Below, piece after piece: positions 35,160 through 48,729 of a DNA stretch of 64,000 nucleotides. Source of the DNA: Hypanus sabinus (taxonomy: Eukaryota). Every line of letters starts with the position of its first letter. Positions within the stretch are counted from its first letter, which is position 1. The translations under genes and the position numbers were made by a program. Location of the stretch: the NCBI RefSeq assembly GCF_030144855.1, contig NC_082710.1, positions 174,840,001 through 174,904,000 on the forward strand, written 5' to 3'. The notes beneath the pieces are model-generated. The model did no database searches. It was not told the DNA's origin and saw nothing but the letters and a program-made list of their open reading frames with translations.

Positions 35160-37420
35160 GTACAGGGAGTCATCATCCTACCTCTGTCAGTTTCTCAGTC
35201 TCCTTCCAGCTGCAGCTGCTCCCATTGCTCTTGCCAACGGTGAATCCTTAATCAGACAGATTTTTAAAATTTAGAAACACAGCACAGAACACGTCCTGGT
35301 GGCCCAATATGCCACTCCCCCGGCAATCTAGCTATTAAACACCAGCCTAATCACAGGACAGTCTACGTTGACTGATAACCTGCTAACCGGTGTGTTTTTG
35401 GATCGTGGGAGGAAACTGGAGAACCCAGAGGAAACCCGCACAGTCACGGGGGAGAACATACAAACTCCTTTCAGATGTCTCCAAATTGAATTCCAAACTC
35501 TGACACCCTGAGCTGCACTGTTATTCTATACAAACTTGCACACCCCCTCTTCTCCCCCCCCCCCCACAACCCCCAGGACTAGAGGATATAGGTTGAGGGG
35601 AGAGATTTAACAGGAACCGGAAGGTGGAACTCTTGGACAGGTACATGGATAGGAAAGGATTAGAGCCAAGTTTCCAAACTTGGGGTCCAGGGACAGTTTG
35701 CGTAATGGTCTGTGGCATAATCATGTGAGGGTATGGGCCAAACACGGACCAATCAGAGTTAGGATGGGTCAGTGAGCCTGCTTCCTTTACTGCATGACTT
35801 TCTCCTTCCTTCTTGCACCTGAATGATGGAATGAAATCCTTTCTTTTATTATTTTCTAAGCTGTTGTTATAAGGAGGGAGTTGATCGGCAAGATTTATTC
35901 TCACCTGGGCGTAGGATGCTGAAGGGTAACCTCGTAGTGGTTTATAAGATTATGAGGAGCATAGATAGGAGGGAGGTAGTCTGTCCACCAGGCACAAGTT
36001 GTAAGTGTGAAGGGGGAAATTGATAAGGATCTAAGGGGTAAGTTTTCACACAAAGGGCACAAATGGCAGGAACCTTTATTACATTTCACTTGATATCAAA
36101 GTATGCAACTCTGAGATTCTTCTTCTTCAGATAGCCATGAAAACTGGGGGGGGGGGGGGGGAGGAGGAAAAAGAATGGTAACACAATCACCAAACCCCCC
36201 TCCCCCAGCTGAAACGCAACAAGAACATAGACTCCCAAATACCTCTCTCCTGGCACAAAAAAAACACAACAAGTGCATCGACCTCTAAACCCCGTCACCC
36301 CGCACAAAATACAGAAAGAACATTGACCCCCAAATCCCCTTCTCTTCACACAAAAAAACGAGAAAGAAGGGGCAAAAATACAGAATATAAAAAACTAGAA
36401 GACTGAATAAAGGTTTACAGTCTGTAGTCAAAGTCCATTTCCATATCTAAACGTATTAAAACCTCTGAAACATCCTTCAGGCACGGCTGCAGACTGTACA
36501 GGCTCCCCTCTCTGGCAGCAGAGCGATCCACCAGCTAGCAGAAGACAGGCAGCAATGCGCACCCTCCATGTTCGCCTCAATGATTCAATCCTCCTCGTTG
36601 CTTTAATCAGTAAAATGGAGTTGAACGAAACATAAATTATAAGGAAAAAACATAATTAGAGCAAAGAAACTAAGTCCATTGTAGTGCAGAGTGACTAAAG
36701 TGGTTGTTGTGTTGCTAGGTAGTGATAATGGTTGTGCTGGTTAGTTCAGGAACGGAATGGTTGAAGGGAAGTAGCTGTTCCTGAACCTGGTGGTGTGGGA
36801 CTTCAGGTTTCTGTACCTCCTGCTTGAAGGTAGCTGTGATAAGATGGCATGGCCCAGAGAGTGGGGTTCTTTGATGATGGATGTTGCCTTCTCAAGATGC
36901 ATGAGGAGAGGAAAGAAAAGGAAGAGGAAGCGATTCAATTATTAGCAACTAGTAACACTTCTTTACTTGCTGCTCGCCATCGTGATAGTAGCACAATAGT
37001 GGGGAACAAGCAAGGAAGGTCATACAAAGTGAAAACAGTAACAGTGCGGAACAAAGTGTTAGAGTTCCAGGGATAGTGAAGTGCTGATAGATCATTAAGG
37101 TGGAAGGCCATAAACGAGGTAGATTCAGGCCAAGACTCCAGCTTATCGTACAAGAGGTCCTTTCAATAGCTTTATAACAGCAGGACAGAACCTGTCCTCT
37201 TGGAAAACTTCAGTGGAACCAAACAATGAATCCAATGCATTTATTTTATCCACAAACTCAATGCTTTTGACCGAGAGAATTTCTAAGCGCTGGTATCTGA
37301 CTGGGAGAGTTCCATTTGCCAGGGCTAATGCGGTTCCTTTTCCCAGTGGGAAAGAAAATCACATTTTGTTTGAACACCATGCATCTGTATGCTCTCTGAT
37401 ATCTTAATCCTGTAACTTAG

Positions 37421-37516
37421 GAACAACTTCAGAAGTCTGTGACTAAACTGCAAGCCATGATTGATAAACGCAAGCTGGCAAAAAGCAAGTATGAAAGTTT
37501 ACTGCAGGATATCTCG
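37421..37516 (+). CDS. TRIM exon 3 (coiled coil, 96 nt)
   Basis: ttag|EQLQKSVTKLQAMIDKRKLAKSKYESLLQDIS|gtaagt; a 96-nt phase 0-0 exon is typical of class IV TRIMs. Confidence 0.88.
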
Positions 37517-40247
37517 GTAAGTAACCTTGTCTTGTTTATGTGGAACTCATGTTGTACAGAATTCTCTTGAGCACGTTATTGTTTAAAAGCATCTTTGCAC
37601 AAAAAAAGCATGAATTTGGTTGATAACTCCAAGCTAAGTCAAGTTTATTGTCATGTGTGCAGGTATGGTGAGGTACTATACAAGCAAAACTTTGCTACGG
37701 GTGTATAGAAAAAAAAATTGTGTCAAACAAGACATTAGTACAAAAAATATAACCAGAGATGAGACGATGAAAGTACAAGACCTGGTCTATAGTGCTTTAT
37801 GTGAATTTGGTTAAAAGAGCCAATGGGGATCAGCTAGTTCAGGAAAAGTCCACACAGACCTTCTCATTGAGTGAGACTGCTCACTGATATCAAAAGGGAT
37901 GTGACTTGGTCATTGTCTCTCCTGGATTGGAAGGTTGAGGGATCAGAGGTTGGCGTGCAGCTCAGCTCGATGCTGATGCTGTAGTGTTGGTCTTTCGGAT
38001 GAGCTGTTGAGTTGTGGCGCTGTTTGCTTGCTCAGCTGTAACATAGAAACAGGCTCACAGGTTTGGTGAGTAGGACAGAAGACACTGACTACGAGTAAGC
38101 ATTTATCTACAATCATTAAAAAAAAATTGATCAACTTTTCAAGTTCCTCCAAGTTACACAAACTTCAAGGCTGAAGGACATCAAATAGATATTTAGCTGA
38201 AAGTGCTTGCAAAGCATACTTTCCTGATTGTTCTGTGAGGCATCCCCCGGGAATCCCTCGCTATTATTTCTCCTATAACCCTCCGAGGGGTCTGGAACTG
38301 TGGCGCCCAAGCCAACCAATGGGAAAGCGCAGCCACAGTTTATAAATGCACCAATCAACAGCCAGCATGGCGAAAGCGGCTTTCAACTTGCAAGCAAGCC
38401 ACACCCCCACACTACACTCAACTCAGCCTAAAGATACCAGTGATTCCTGATGAGTTTTAACTCCTAGGAGGTTTCACGCTCCCTTCCACTGAGACTGAGC
38501 GTAGAACAGTACAACACAGAAACAGCACCAAATATGATGCCATTTTAAATAATCGCATCTCTCTGCAAGTGTCTGTAAACCCCCCCCCCCCCCCATTCTG
38601 TATCTCTCCACGTTCCTGTCTAAAATGCCTCTTAAATGTTGCTGTCATATTAGCTTCCAGCACCTCCCTCGTCAGGTTCTACCAAACACCAACCCCTCCC
38701 TGTATAGAAACACAAGCTTGCAAATCTTTAATTTTTCACCCTCTTGCCTCAGATTCGTGCCTTCTCATATTTGGCTTTTTTAACCTTGTGAAAAAGACCC
38801 TACCCTTCCTATGCCTCTCATAATTTTATATGCATTTATAAAGTCATCCCCTCGTCCTCTGAGAAAACAATCTTGTCAAACCATTCCTGATTGCTATATA
38901 CCCAAAGTGCTGGAGGGGCTTGGGCAGTATCCAAGAAAGGGAATAAAGAGTTGCTGTTCAAGTTGAAGCCCTTCATCAGGACTGGAGGAAGGGGGCAGAA
39001 GCCAGAATAAGATGGGGGAGGGAAGGTGTAAAAGCTAGTGGGGGTTAAGTGAGACCAGGTGAGTGGAGGGCTGGGTGGGAGAGAGGGATAAAGATAGAAA
39101 GCTGTGAGGTGATGAGTGGAAAAGGGCTGAAGAAGAAGGAATCTAAGCAAGGACAGTGGAACATGGATGAAAGGGAAGGAGAGGGAGAACAAGGAATGAT
39201 AACAGCAGGGTCAGCAGAAAAGAAGGGGTGAAAGGGTAACAAGAATGGGGGGGGGAGGGTAGAGAGGAATTAATGGAAGTTAAACTGATGTTCATACCAA
39301 CAGGTTGGAGGCTCCCCAGGTGAAATATGAGGCCTCTATCTGAATGTGGCCTCATCAAGGCAGTAGAGAAGGTGGCAGACTGACAGTTTGGAATGGGAAC
39401 GGGAAGCCAAATTGAAATGGATGGCCACTGGCACTGGAAGATCCTGCCTTTTGTGGTGATCAGAGTTATAAGAAAGTATCTGTTCCTGGACCTGATGGTG
39501 TGGGACTTCAGGCTTTTGTATCTCCTGCCTGGTGAGAGTAGTGAAATGAAGGCAAGGGCCTAGATGGTGGAGACACTTACTGAGAGGTGCCAGTGCCCTG
39601 AGGCAGCGCCTCCTCCGGAGGTGGTTGAGTGGTGGGGAGGAGCATGCCCATGAACGACTAGGCTGTGTCTACTCCTGGTAAACTATCCCCGAGTGCATCA
39701 CAGGAGTGCCTGCTGCCTCCTGGCACTGAAGAAGCGAGCGACGCAGTAGTACAAGTGTACCTTGAGCCTTGCTGACCCTATTGACATTGAACACAGAACA
39801 GTACAGCACGTCAGACCCTTCGGCCCACAACGTTGTGCCTATCTAATTAAATTAATAATCAAATGGCCATCCTAACTAATCCCCTCTGCCTACACAATGT
39901 CTATATCCTTCCCTTTTACTCACATTTGTGTGCCTATCTAAACATCTCTTGAAATTCTCTAATGTATCTGCCTCTTTCTCTACTCTAGGCAGCGCATCCC
40001 TGGTGGCAACACACCACTCTGTTTTAAAATTAAACAACTTGCCCCTCACATCTCCTTTAAAATTATCCTCTCACTTTAAATGCATGCCTTCTTATATTAG
40101 CTATTTCAGCCATGGGGAGAAAGAAACTGTCTGTCTGCTCTATGGGTGTCAACATCTTTCGTGGGCTCAACATATTGAAGTAGTTCAAACAACACACACA
40201 AAATGCTGGTGGAACACAGCAGGCCAGGCAGCATCTATAGAAGCACT

Positions 40248-40281
40248 GTCGACGTTTCGGGCCGAGACCCTTCATCAGGAC
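40248..40281 (-). ncRNA. Minimal type I hammerhead ribozyme motif in the Penelope terminal repeat
   Basis: gtc-CTGATGA-a-GGGT ctcg GCCC-GAAA-cg-TC-gac: intact core boxes, stem II hairpin, palindromic ACGT stem III, stem I gtc/gac. Confidence 0.75.
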
Positions 40282-41297
40282 TAACTGAAAGGAAAGATAG
40301 TAAGAGATTTGAAAGTAGTTGGGGGAGTGGGAAATGCGAAATGATAGGAGAAGACCGGAGGGGGTGGGATGAAGCTAAGAGCTGGAAAGGTGATTGGCGA
40401 AAGTGATACCGAGCTGGAGAAGGGAAAGGACACTAGTCTCCCCAGTATCCTCCTCTACTGTCAAAAATACCAAAATCCCACTACCAAGCACATCTTTCCC
40501 TCCCCCCCCCTTCTGCTTTTCGCAGGGATCGCTCCCTACGCGACTCCCTTGTCCACTCGTTTCTCCCCCCCCCCCCCCCCCCCAATCTCCCTCCTGGCAC
40601 TTATCCTTGTAAGTGGAACAATTGCTACACCTGCCCTTACACTTCCTCCCTCACCTCCATTCAGGGCCCCAGACAGTCCTTCCAGGTGAGGCGACACTTC
40701 ACCTGAGAGTCAACTGGTGTGGTATACTGTGTCCGGTGCTCCCTGTGTGGCCTTTTATATATTGGTGAGACCCGACGCAGACTGGGAGACCGTTTTGCAG
40801 GACACCTACGCTCAGTCCGCCAGAAAAAGCAGGATCTCCCAGTGGCCACACATTTTAATTCCACGTCCCATTCCCATTCTGATATGTCTATCCATGGCCT
40901 CTACTGTCAAGATGAATCCAAACTCCGGTTGGAGGAACAACACCTTATATACCGGCTGGGTAGCCTCCAAACTGATGGCATGAACATTGACTTCTCTAAC
41001 TTCCGTTAATGCCCCTCTTCCCTTTCTTACCCCATCCCTGACATATTTAGTTGTTTTTTTTCTCTCTCCACCCATCACACTGCCTGTTCTCCATCTCCCT
41101 CTGGCGCTCCCCTCCCCCCTTCTTTCTCCCGAGGCCTCCCGTCCCATGATCCTTTCCCTTCTCCAGCTCTGTATCCCTTTTGCCAATCACCTTTCCAGCT
41201 CTTAGCTTCATCCCACCCCCTCCGGTCTTCTATCATTTCGCATTTCCCCCTCCCCCCCCACTACTTTCATATCTTTTACTATCTTTCCTTTCAGTTA

Positions 41298-41331
41298 GTC
41301 CTGACGAAGGGTCTCGGCCTGAAATGTCGAC
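41298..41331 (+). ncRNA. Minimal type I hammerhead ribozyme motif (second terminal repeat)
   Basis: gtc-CTGACGA-agggtctcggcct-GAAA-tg-TC-gac; core intact with two C>T changes. Confidence 0.6.
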
Positions 41332-41540
41332 AGTGCTTCTCCTTATAGATGGTGCCTGGCCTGCTGTGCTCCACCAGCATTTTGTGTGTGTTGTTTGAAT
41401 TTCCAGCATCTGCAGATTTCCTCGTGTTTGCATATTGATGTAGTTATAAGGAAGGCACGACAGGGGCTGTATTTCATTAGGAGTTTGAAGGGACCTGGTG
41501 TGTCACCAACACTAATCACACATTTCTACAGAGAGCATTC

Positions 41541-42527
41541 TGTTACGAAGGATGAACAACTCTGATGGGCAGAAGGGTGCAGAGTCACCCTTGCCCCCCC
41601 CCCACCTTTGGAGAATCGCAAATTGCTATTATTCCGTTGCTGTTATCAAGGAAGTGAGAGAGACACAGGACAGCTGCCAGGGCAGTTGTTATTGATAACA
41701 GCTCATGAAAGTTAATGACAGAGAAACAGCTCAGAGATACACAAAGTGGAACGGAACCATTGATTTACTGCTATTGTCTTTTGGAGAAGGATTGTGTACT
41801 TGGTACTGTTCTATTCATTGAAACCCCTCAGGGGGCAACCAGAGTGGGCTGGTTTGATGGGTTACATCATCCCAACCTGATTGACACCTGAGACCCCATG
41901 AGTTGGGATAAAAGTGGGGTCTGGGGTGACACCCCTCAGACACACCAGGAGAAACGCTAGTGAGCATCAGAACCCCCACGAGACAGGGTGGGAGATCGGA
42001 GACCGAACGAAGGGTTGTTAAATTTTAACTCAGTGTTTTGTGGCGAGACCAGTGGGGGCTTGTGTGTGTGTCCACCCTTGCCTGGGTGACGAGTCCACCA
42101 CAGCAGAACGGTCTAGCTGAAGGACGGAGGGGTCATACGTGAATGGCCACAACAACAACGCATCGACGGATCAAAATCGTAAAGGAAGGTTGGCAAGATA
42201 ATAGCTATTACTGTTCTCCCTCTCCCTCTCCCCCTCCCCCTCCCCCGTGACTAACAACTACCGCAGCCTGCATGAACTGAACTGAACTTTATATTTCCAT
42301 CTGACAATTCATTATCCCCTTAGACAACAATAGAGCTTATTTATTGATTATTATTATTATACCCGCTCTTTTATGTTTAGTATTGCTGACGTATATTATC
42401 TGTATATTTGCATTGATATTATTTTTGCATATTTTTACTAATAAATGCTGTTGAAAATAGTATCACCAGACTCCAACGGACACTTCTGTCTTTGCTGGTA
42501 AGACACCCAGTTACGGGGCTCATAACA
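41541..42527 (+). mobile_element. Solo LTR (987 bp) of an ERV or LTR retrotransposon
   Basis: TGTTACGA...TCATAACA inverted ends, 4-bp TSD ATTC on both sides, AATAAA at 42440; the flanks rejoin into a LINE fragment. Confidence 0.9.
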
Positions 42528-43125
42528 ATTCTAATTGGCTAAATTACCTTCTGGTATGGGTGGGCCACCACACAGGATCAGACTAAGCTGCAGAAAGTTG
42601 TAACCTCAATCAGCTCCATCATGGACACTGGTCTCCCCATTATCCAGCACACCTTCAGAGTGACGCCTCGAAAAGGCAGCATCTGTCAATAAGGACCCTC
42701 GTCACCCAGGACATGCCGTCTGCTCACTGCTACAGAAGCCTGAAGGCGCATACTCAACAATTCAGGCACAGCTTCTACCCCTTGCCATCAGCTTTCTGAA
42801 TTGATAATGAAGCCATGAACACTACCTCACTACTTTTTTCCCTGTTCTCACGCTACTTATTTAACTTTTTAAATATGTATACTTGCTGCAATTTAGTTTT
42901 TATTATTTATTGCAAAGTACTACGACTGCATAATAACAAAAGTCACAATATATGCCAGTGATATTAATTCTGATTTTATGCCTCTTGTAATCTATCAGGT
43001 GTCCCCCCCTCAGCCTCCGCCGCTCCAGAGAAACCAACCCAAGTTTGTCCAGACTCTCATTATAGCCCATGCCCTCTAATCCAGGCAGCATCCTGATATT
43101 AATTTCTGTTTCTACCTATACCTAG

Positions 43126-43359
43126 AATATGATGCAGAATGTCACGGAGAGCATCAAGAAGAGCTTCGAGCAGCTTCACAGTTTCCTCTACAAGGAGGAG
43201 TCTGCTCTGCTGCAGCAGCTGAAAGCCGAGGTTAACCTGCAGAGCACCCAGCTGCAAGAGAAGATCGATCAGATCCCCAAAGACTTGTCTTCGCTGGACG
43301 CCAGCATCAAGGCGGTACAGAAGGAAATAGGCCTACAGGACAACGTTGATTTCCTGCTG
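43126..43359 (+). CDS. TRIM exon 4 (coiled coil, 234 nt)
   Basis: ctag|NMMQNVTESIKKSFEQLHSFLYKEE...DNVDFLL|gtaatt; contains the FxxLHxFLxxEE TRIM motif. Confidence 0.9.
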
Positions 43360-46300
43360 GTAATTCAGCTTCCACTTTCCTTTTCTTCCTTATGAAGCTC
43401 GGCTGGAAACTTGCCCATCTTTCGCCAAACACTACTCAAACTCAAACATAATTACGATTTTCCTCTCGGCTCTCAGCTGGGGGATGCAATTGCCTGAGAC
43501 CTAATTAAACTCTGTATGCATGTCACCTTGTAAAGCTTCTGGGAAGAAATCTAAAATAAGAGGACCATTACTGATAACTCCAGAGTAAGGGTCGAAAGCT
43601 GTGAAGGGTTAGATTAACACTTCCCTCTTGATAATTGTAAGACACGCGCGCACACGAAGCAGGAAGTCAGCAAGTTGGGCAGCGTCTATGGAGAGGAATG
43701 AACATTCGGACATTCAGGACTGGAAAGGAAGGGGGCAGAAGCCAGAATAGAAGGTGGGAGAAAGGAAGGGGTAAGGGGTAAGTTGAGAGGGTGATAGAGG
43801 GGGTATGAAGGAAGGGTCTGCAAGGGGATAAATTATAGAACATTACACCACTCTACAGGCCCTTTGGTCCCCAAGCTGACCATTTAACCTACGGCAGAAT
43901 CAGAATCAGGTTTATTATCACCAGCATGTGACATGAAATTTGTTAACTTAGCAGCAGCAGTTCAATGCAATACATAATATAGAAGAGAAAAAAATAAAGT
44001 AAAAAATAATAAAAACTATGTAAATCAATTACAGTATATGTATATTGAATAGATTAAAAAACGTGCAAAAAAACCAGAAATATTGAAAAAAGTGAGAAAG
44101 TGTCAAAGGTTCAATGTCCATTTAGGAATCGGATGGCAGAGGGGAAGAAGCTGTTCCTGAGTGTGTGCCTTCAGATTTCTGTACCTCCTACCTGATGGTA
44201 ACAGTGAGAAAAGGGCATGCCCTGGGTGCTGGAGGTCCTTAGTAATGGATGCTGCCTTTCTGATACTTCCATACTCCCCTTTTACATAGCCCTCCATTCT
44301 TATGTCGTCTTTGTGCCTATTTAAGAGTCTCGTAAATGCCCCTGATGTTTCTGCCTCAACCGCATCCCTGGCAGTGGCTTTCATGCACCCACCACCCTGT
44401 GTTTTTAAAAAAAAAAGTGTCTCTGACATCCCGCCTATGTGAAAGGAAAAACAACAAAAAGACTGCAGATGCTTGGAGTCCGAAATAAAAAAACAAAATG
44501 CTGGTGATACTCCTAAGGTCTGGCAGCATATGTGGGAAGAGAAACAGCATTAAGGTGCCAGTCATGACTCTCTGACGAAACATAAACATCTGAAACATAA
44601 ACAATTTATCTCTCCTCACAGCATTTCCTTTCTAACCCAGCAAGGAATGGTGTGAGTGAGGGAGAAGCTGTATTTGTATTAAAACCATAAGACACGGGAG
44701 CAAGATTAGGCTGTTCAGCTGGTTGAGTCTGTTTTGCCATTCGATCGTAGCTAATTTACTTTCTCTCTCAACCCCATAGTCCTGTTTGCTCCTCAGGGAA
44801 ATCTAGGTAAATTTAAAAAAAAAAAGGAGAAAGGTGAAGTGATTTGATAGAGCAAGTGGGAAGAGGACTGTGTGGACAATAAACTTGACACTTGGAGGCA
44901 CAAGCGACTGCAGACAATGCACTTGGGGCATTATAAGGAGCGCTGAAAATAAAACAGCAGGTCAGGCAGCTCCAGCTGTAGAGGAAAGAAACGTCACTTG
45001 TCCATTCCCTCCATAAATCGACTTTCTTCAGCACTCCTTGTGCAACATCAACGTGTGTTGGGTCCCCATGAATAACTTGTACAGCATACCACAACGAACC
45101 AGATGTGTGGTTTTCATTACCTTTCTAGGAAAGATGTGGTTGAACTGGGAAGCGTGCAGAAAAGGTTTACCAGGATGCTGCCGAGGGCTAAAGGGAGGAG
45201 TTATAGGGAGAGATTGGCCAAGCCAAGTCTTTATTCCTTGGAACGTAGAATAAGGGGTACTCCACATTCAATCTAACTTCCCTCCTCCATAGCCCATACC
45301 CTCTAATTTTCTTGCATCCATTTGCCCAAGAGTCCCTATTGTATCAGTGTCTACCACCACCCCTGGCAGTGTAATCCAGACACTTGTCACTCTCAGTGTA
45401 GAATTAAAAAAACCTTGCCTCTGACATCTCCCTTAAACTTTCCTCCAGTTACCGTAGAAGAATATCTGGGACCTGAGGGGCAGTTTTTCCTAAGAGGGTG
45501 GTAAGTGCATTGGAACGAGTTGCTAGAGGAAGTGGTTGAGTCAGGTACAATTGTGTCTTTAAGAAGCACTTGGATAGGTCTACTTTGAGAGATATGGACA
45601 GGAAATTGGGACTAGTCATGTGGGCACTGTGCTGCCCATGCCTGTATTGCTCTTTGAAAGCATATGTTTTCATCAAGGGGTGTGATAGTGTGGTTAAGTT
45701 CCAGTATTAGCAGCCACATCATTCATCACGCATCCAAATACAACAGGTTTGCGTCCACCAGTGCTGCTGAGGAGCCAAATATTGAATAGCTAACTCCACC
45801 TGGAACTTGAAGAGGGGAAAATTTACAGTAACAATAGTCACAATGCTACGGAATTGTCATTTTAAAAGCCCATCTGATGTTCTAATCTGCCCTCCAGCCC
45901 TAAGATTCAATTCCAGACCCACACTTGGTTTTTCATTGTCACTTGTACTAAGGTCTAATGATCAACTTTGTTTTGCATGCCATCCACACAGGTTATTTTG
46001 TCACATCAGTGCATTGACGTAGCACAAGGGGAAACACAGAATACAGTGTTCTAGGTACAGAGAAAGTGCAGCTAGGCAGACAACAAAAAACCAAGGCCAT
46101 TATGGGGTAGTGTGTGAAGGCAGAAGTCTATCTTATTGTACAAGAAGTCCATTCACTTGTCGTGACAGCCAGATTGAAGCTGCTCTTCAACCTGGTGATT
46201 TCGGACTTTGGTATCTTCTACCTGTTGGGGGGGGGGGGAAGTGAAGAGAAAACGTCTGGGGTGGGAGGGTTCTTTGATTACGTCTGTTGCTTTACTGAAT

Positions 46301-46519
46301 CAATTTATGACTCCTGCTCCACCAATGTGACTCACTCTTAATTATCATCACAGTTCAGGGGCAGCAGGGGTGGACAATAAATACTGTTGGTACCAGCAAT
46401 GTCCATGTCCTGTCAGCATCAAAGAAAAGAGGCATGAAATTCCTCCACATTGACTTTGCTCGATCATGAAAAATACTGTGTTTGTATTTGTATTCCAATA
46501 ACTTCTTTTGTTTTTGCAG

Positions 46520-46542
46520 AATCTAAAAGAAACACAGAAAAG
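46520..46542 (+). CDS. TRIM exon 5 (23-nt micro-exon)
   Basis: Polypyrimidine tract plus gcag|AATCTAAAAGAAACACAGAAAAG|gtaatt; a 23-nt exon is typical of this family and restores the frame. Confidence 0.82.
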
Positions 46543-47641
46543 GTAATTAATTTTAGCTCCATCTTGCCACAAATAGTGACATTGTAAATGTGAGTTCAGT
46601 TAGGTAGTTTTCACAGCCTTTTTCCGCAGGGATGTTATGGAGGGCAAGTAGAAAGTAGTCTGAAAGGGAATCTAAATTGTGGTGCAAGGTGTAGAATTGA
46701 AGGTTGTTCATAACAGACAGACAGTCCTTCCCCCTCCCCCCACAATTGTTTTTTTGTATTTATTGGTCATTCCTGTAAGCAGATCAGTATCATTGCTTTC
46801 TGTAGAAGATCCCCGAATCCCCGCCAGCCTATTAAATCTGCAGTTACATTACTGTGTAACTCGTCATTTCCTTCAAAGATGGCCAGCAGTGGCAATCAAT
46901 CTGAAGGAATAATGTTTTAATTTTTATTGCAATTGGTTTATGGTTGTCACCGATACCCAAGGTACCTGTTTTGCACACCATCCATGCAGATCATTTCATT
47001 AAGGCATTGTGGAGTAGAAGAGAAAAGCATTAACGGAATGCAGAATGAAGTGTCTCTGTTACAGAGAAGCTGCAGTGCAGGCAGACAAGGTGCAAGGCCA
47101 TGACGAAGTAGACTGGTAGATCCAGAGCCCTCCTTATTGTACAAGAGGTCGTTCAACAGCAGGATAGGAACTGTCCTTCAGTCTTGGTAGTACGTGCTTT
47201 CAGGTTTTTTTTCATCCCGTGTCTGATGGGAGGGGGTAGAAGAGAGTGGGAGGGGTCTTTAAATTTGTTGGGATTTTTTTTTTTTTTTGAAGCAGTGAGA
47301 AGTGTGAGTGTTGAAATTGGAGGGATCTAGTTTCTGCTGAACCGTGGCCACAATTTTGTGCAATTTGTTGCAGCCTTTGGGAGAGCAGATGCCCTACAAA
47401 CCTTCGATGCATCAGGATAGAATGCTATATGTAGTGCATCGATTAAAAATTGGTGAGGGTCCATGGGTCCACATACAGAATTTCTTCATCTTATGAGGAA
47501 GCAATAAATGTTCCCAAGTGGTTCACCATTACAAGTGTAGCTTTTAATTTATTTTTTGTGTGGGGTGGGGAGGAGGGAATGGGATGCAGCAGCATCACGG
47601 GCATATAGCATCAGACACTAAACATACACTGGAGAAACATG

Positions 47642-48136
47642 CACTCAGTGGCTGCTGTACCTAGTAACACATTGGGTGTATGTTTGTGGTCTTCTGCTGC
47701 TGTAGCCCATCCATCTCAAGGTTAGACATGTGCATTCAGTGATGTTCTGCACACCACTGTTGTAACTTGTGCTTATTTGGGTTACTGTCACCTTGAACCA
47801 ATCTACCATTCTCCTCTGATCTCTCTCATCTTTTTACCCATAGAACTGCCACTCACTGGATTTTATTTTTAATTGTGTACCACTCTCTGTAAACACCAGA
47901 GGTCTGTGGTGCATGAAAATCCTAGGAGAGCAGTAGTTTCTGAGATACAACCTTGTTTCTTACCAACAACCATTCCTTGGCCAAAGGCACTTGGACCACA
48001 TTTCTTCCCCATTCTGATGTTTGGTCTGAACAACAGCTGAACCTCTTGACCATGTCTTCATGCTTTTACACCCTGAGTTGCTGACACATGATTGGCTGAT
48101 CAGATATTTGCATCAACAAGTAGGTGTACCTAATAA
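47642..48136. mobile_element. Diverged third copy of the Tc1-type element
   Basis: Begins CACTCAGTGGC, ends GTACCTAATAAG; internal similarity to 1896-2434. Confidence 0.7.
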
Positions 48137-48729
48137 GTTAAACAGTGAAAGTCAGGACACAGAAAGGACTGAGAGGAGTGCTGTCTAAAAGGAGAGCATG
48201 TACCTTCAAGGACAGTATTCCTGCAGGTCAGAGGAAAGGAAATTAAAGATTGCAGGTGCTGAAAGCACTGGAGAGGTCTGGCATGTTTTTATTAACTTAA
48301 TGGCTTTCTTGCTCCTGTGACTAGTGGTGTTCCACCAGGTGGGCCTTTTGTAGGTAGGCATTTCTATACACTTTATGAATGAAAATGTGCAAGGCATGGT
48401 TGGCAGTATTGCACGTGACATTAAAGTGTGTGGCATCACAGTCAGTGAAGGTGGTTGTTAAATATTACAGGGGACCCTTGATCAGCTGGGTAAGTGCTGA
48501 GGAATGGTAAATGGCGTGCAATTCAGATAAGCACAAAGTTTTGCGTTTTAGGAAGTTAAACTGGGGTACGACTTGCAGAAGGGCACTAGGAATCATTGTA
48601 GAACTGAAGAGCCTAGCAGCATAACTACTCACCTCCCTGAAAGTGGTGTCACAGGTAGCCAGGACGGTGAAGAAGTTGGTCTTTGGGCTCCTGGGATGTA
48701 GTGTTTTAACGACAGAGATTAGCTTTATT

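Larger units (their letters stand above)
40186..41430 (+). mobile_element. Penelope-like element: GIY-YIG region flanked by inverted terminal repeats
   Basis: VYCVRCSLCGLLYIGETRRRLGDRF; 40186-40430 is the reverse complement of about 41150-41397. Confidence 0.9.
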
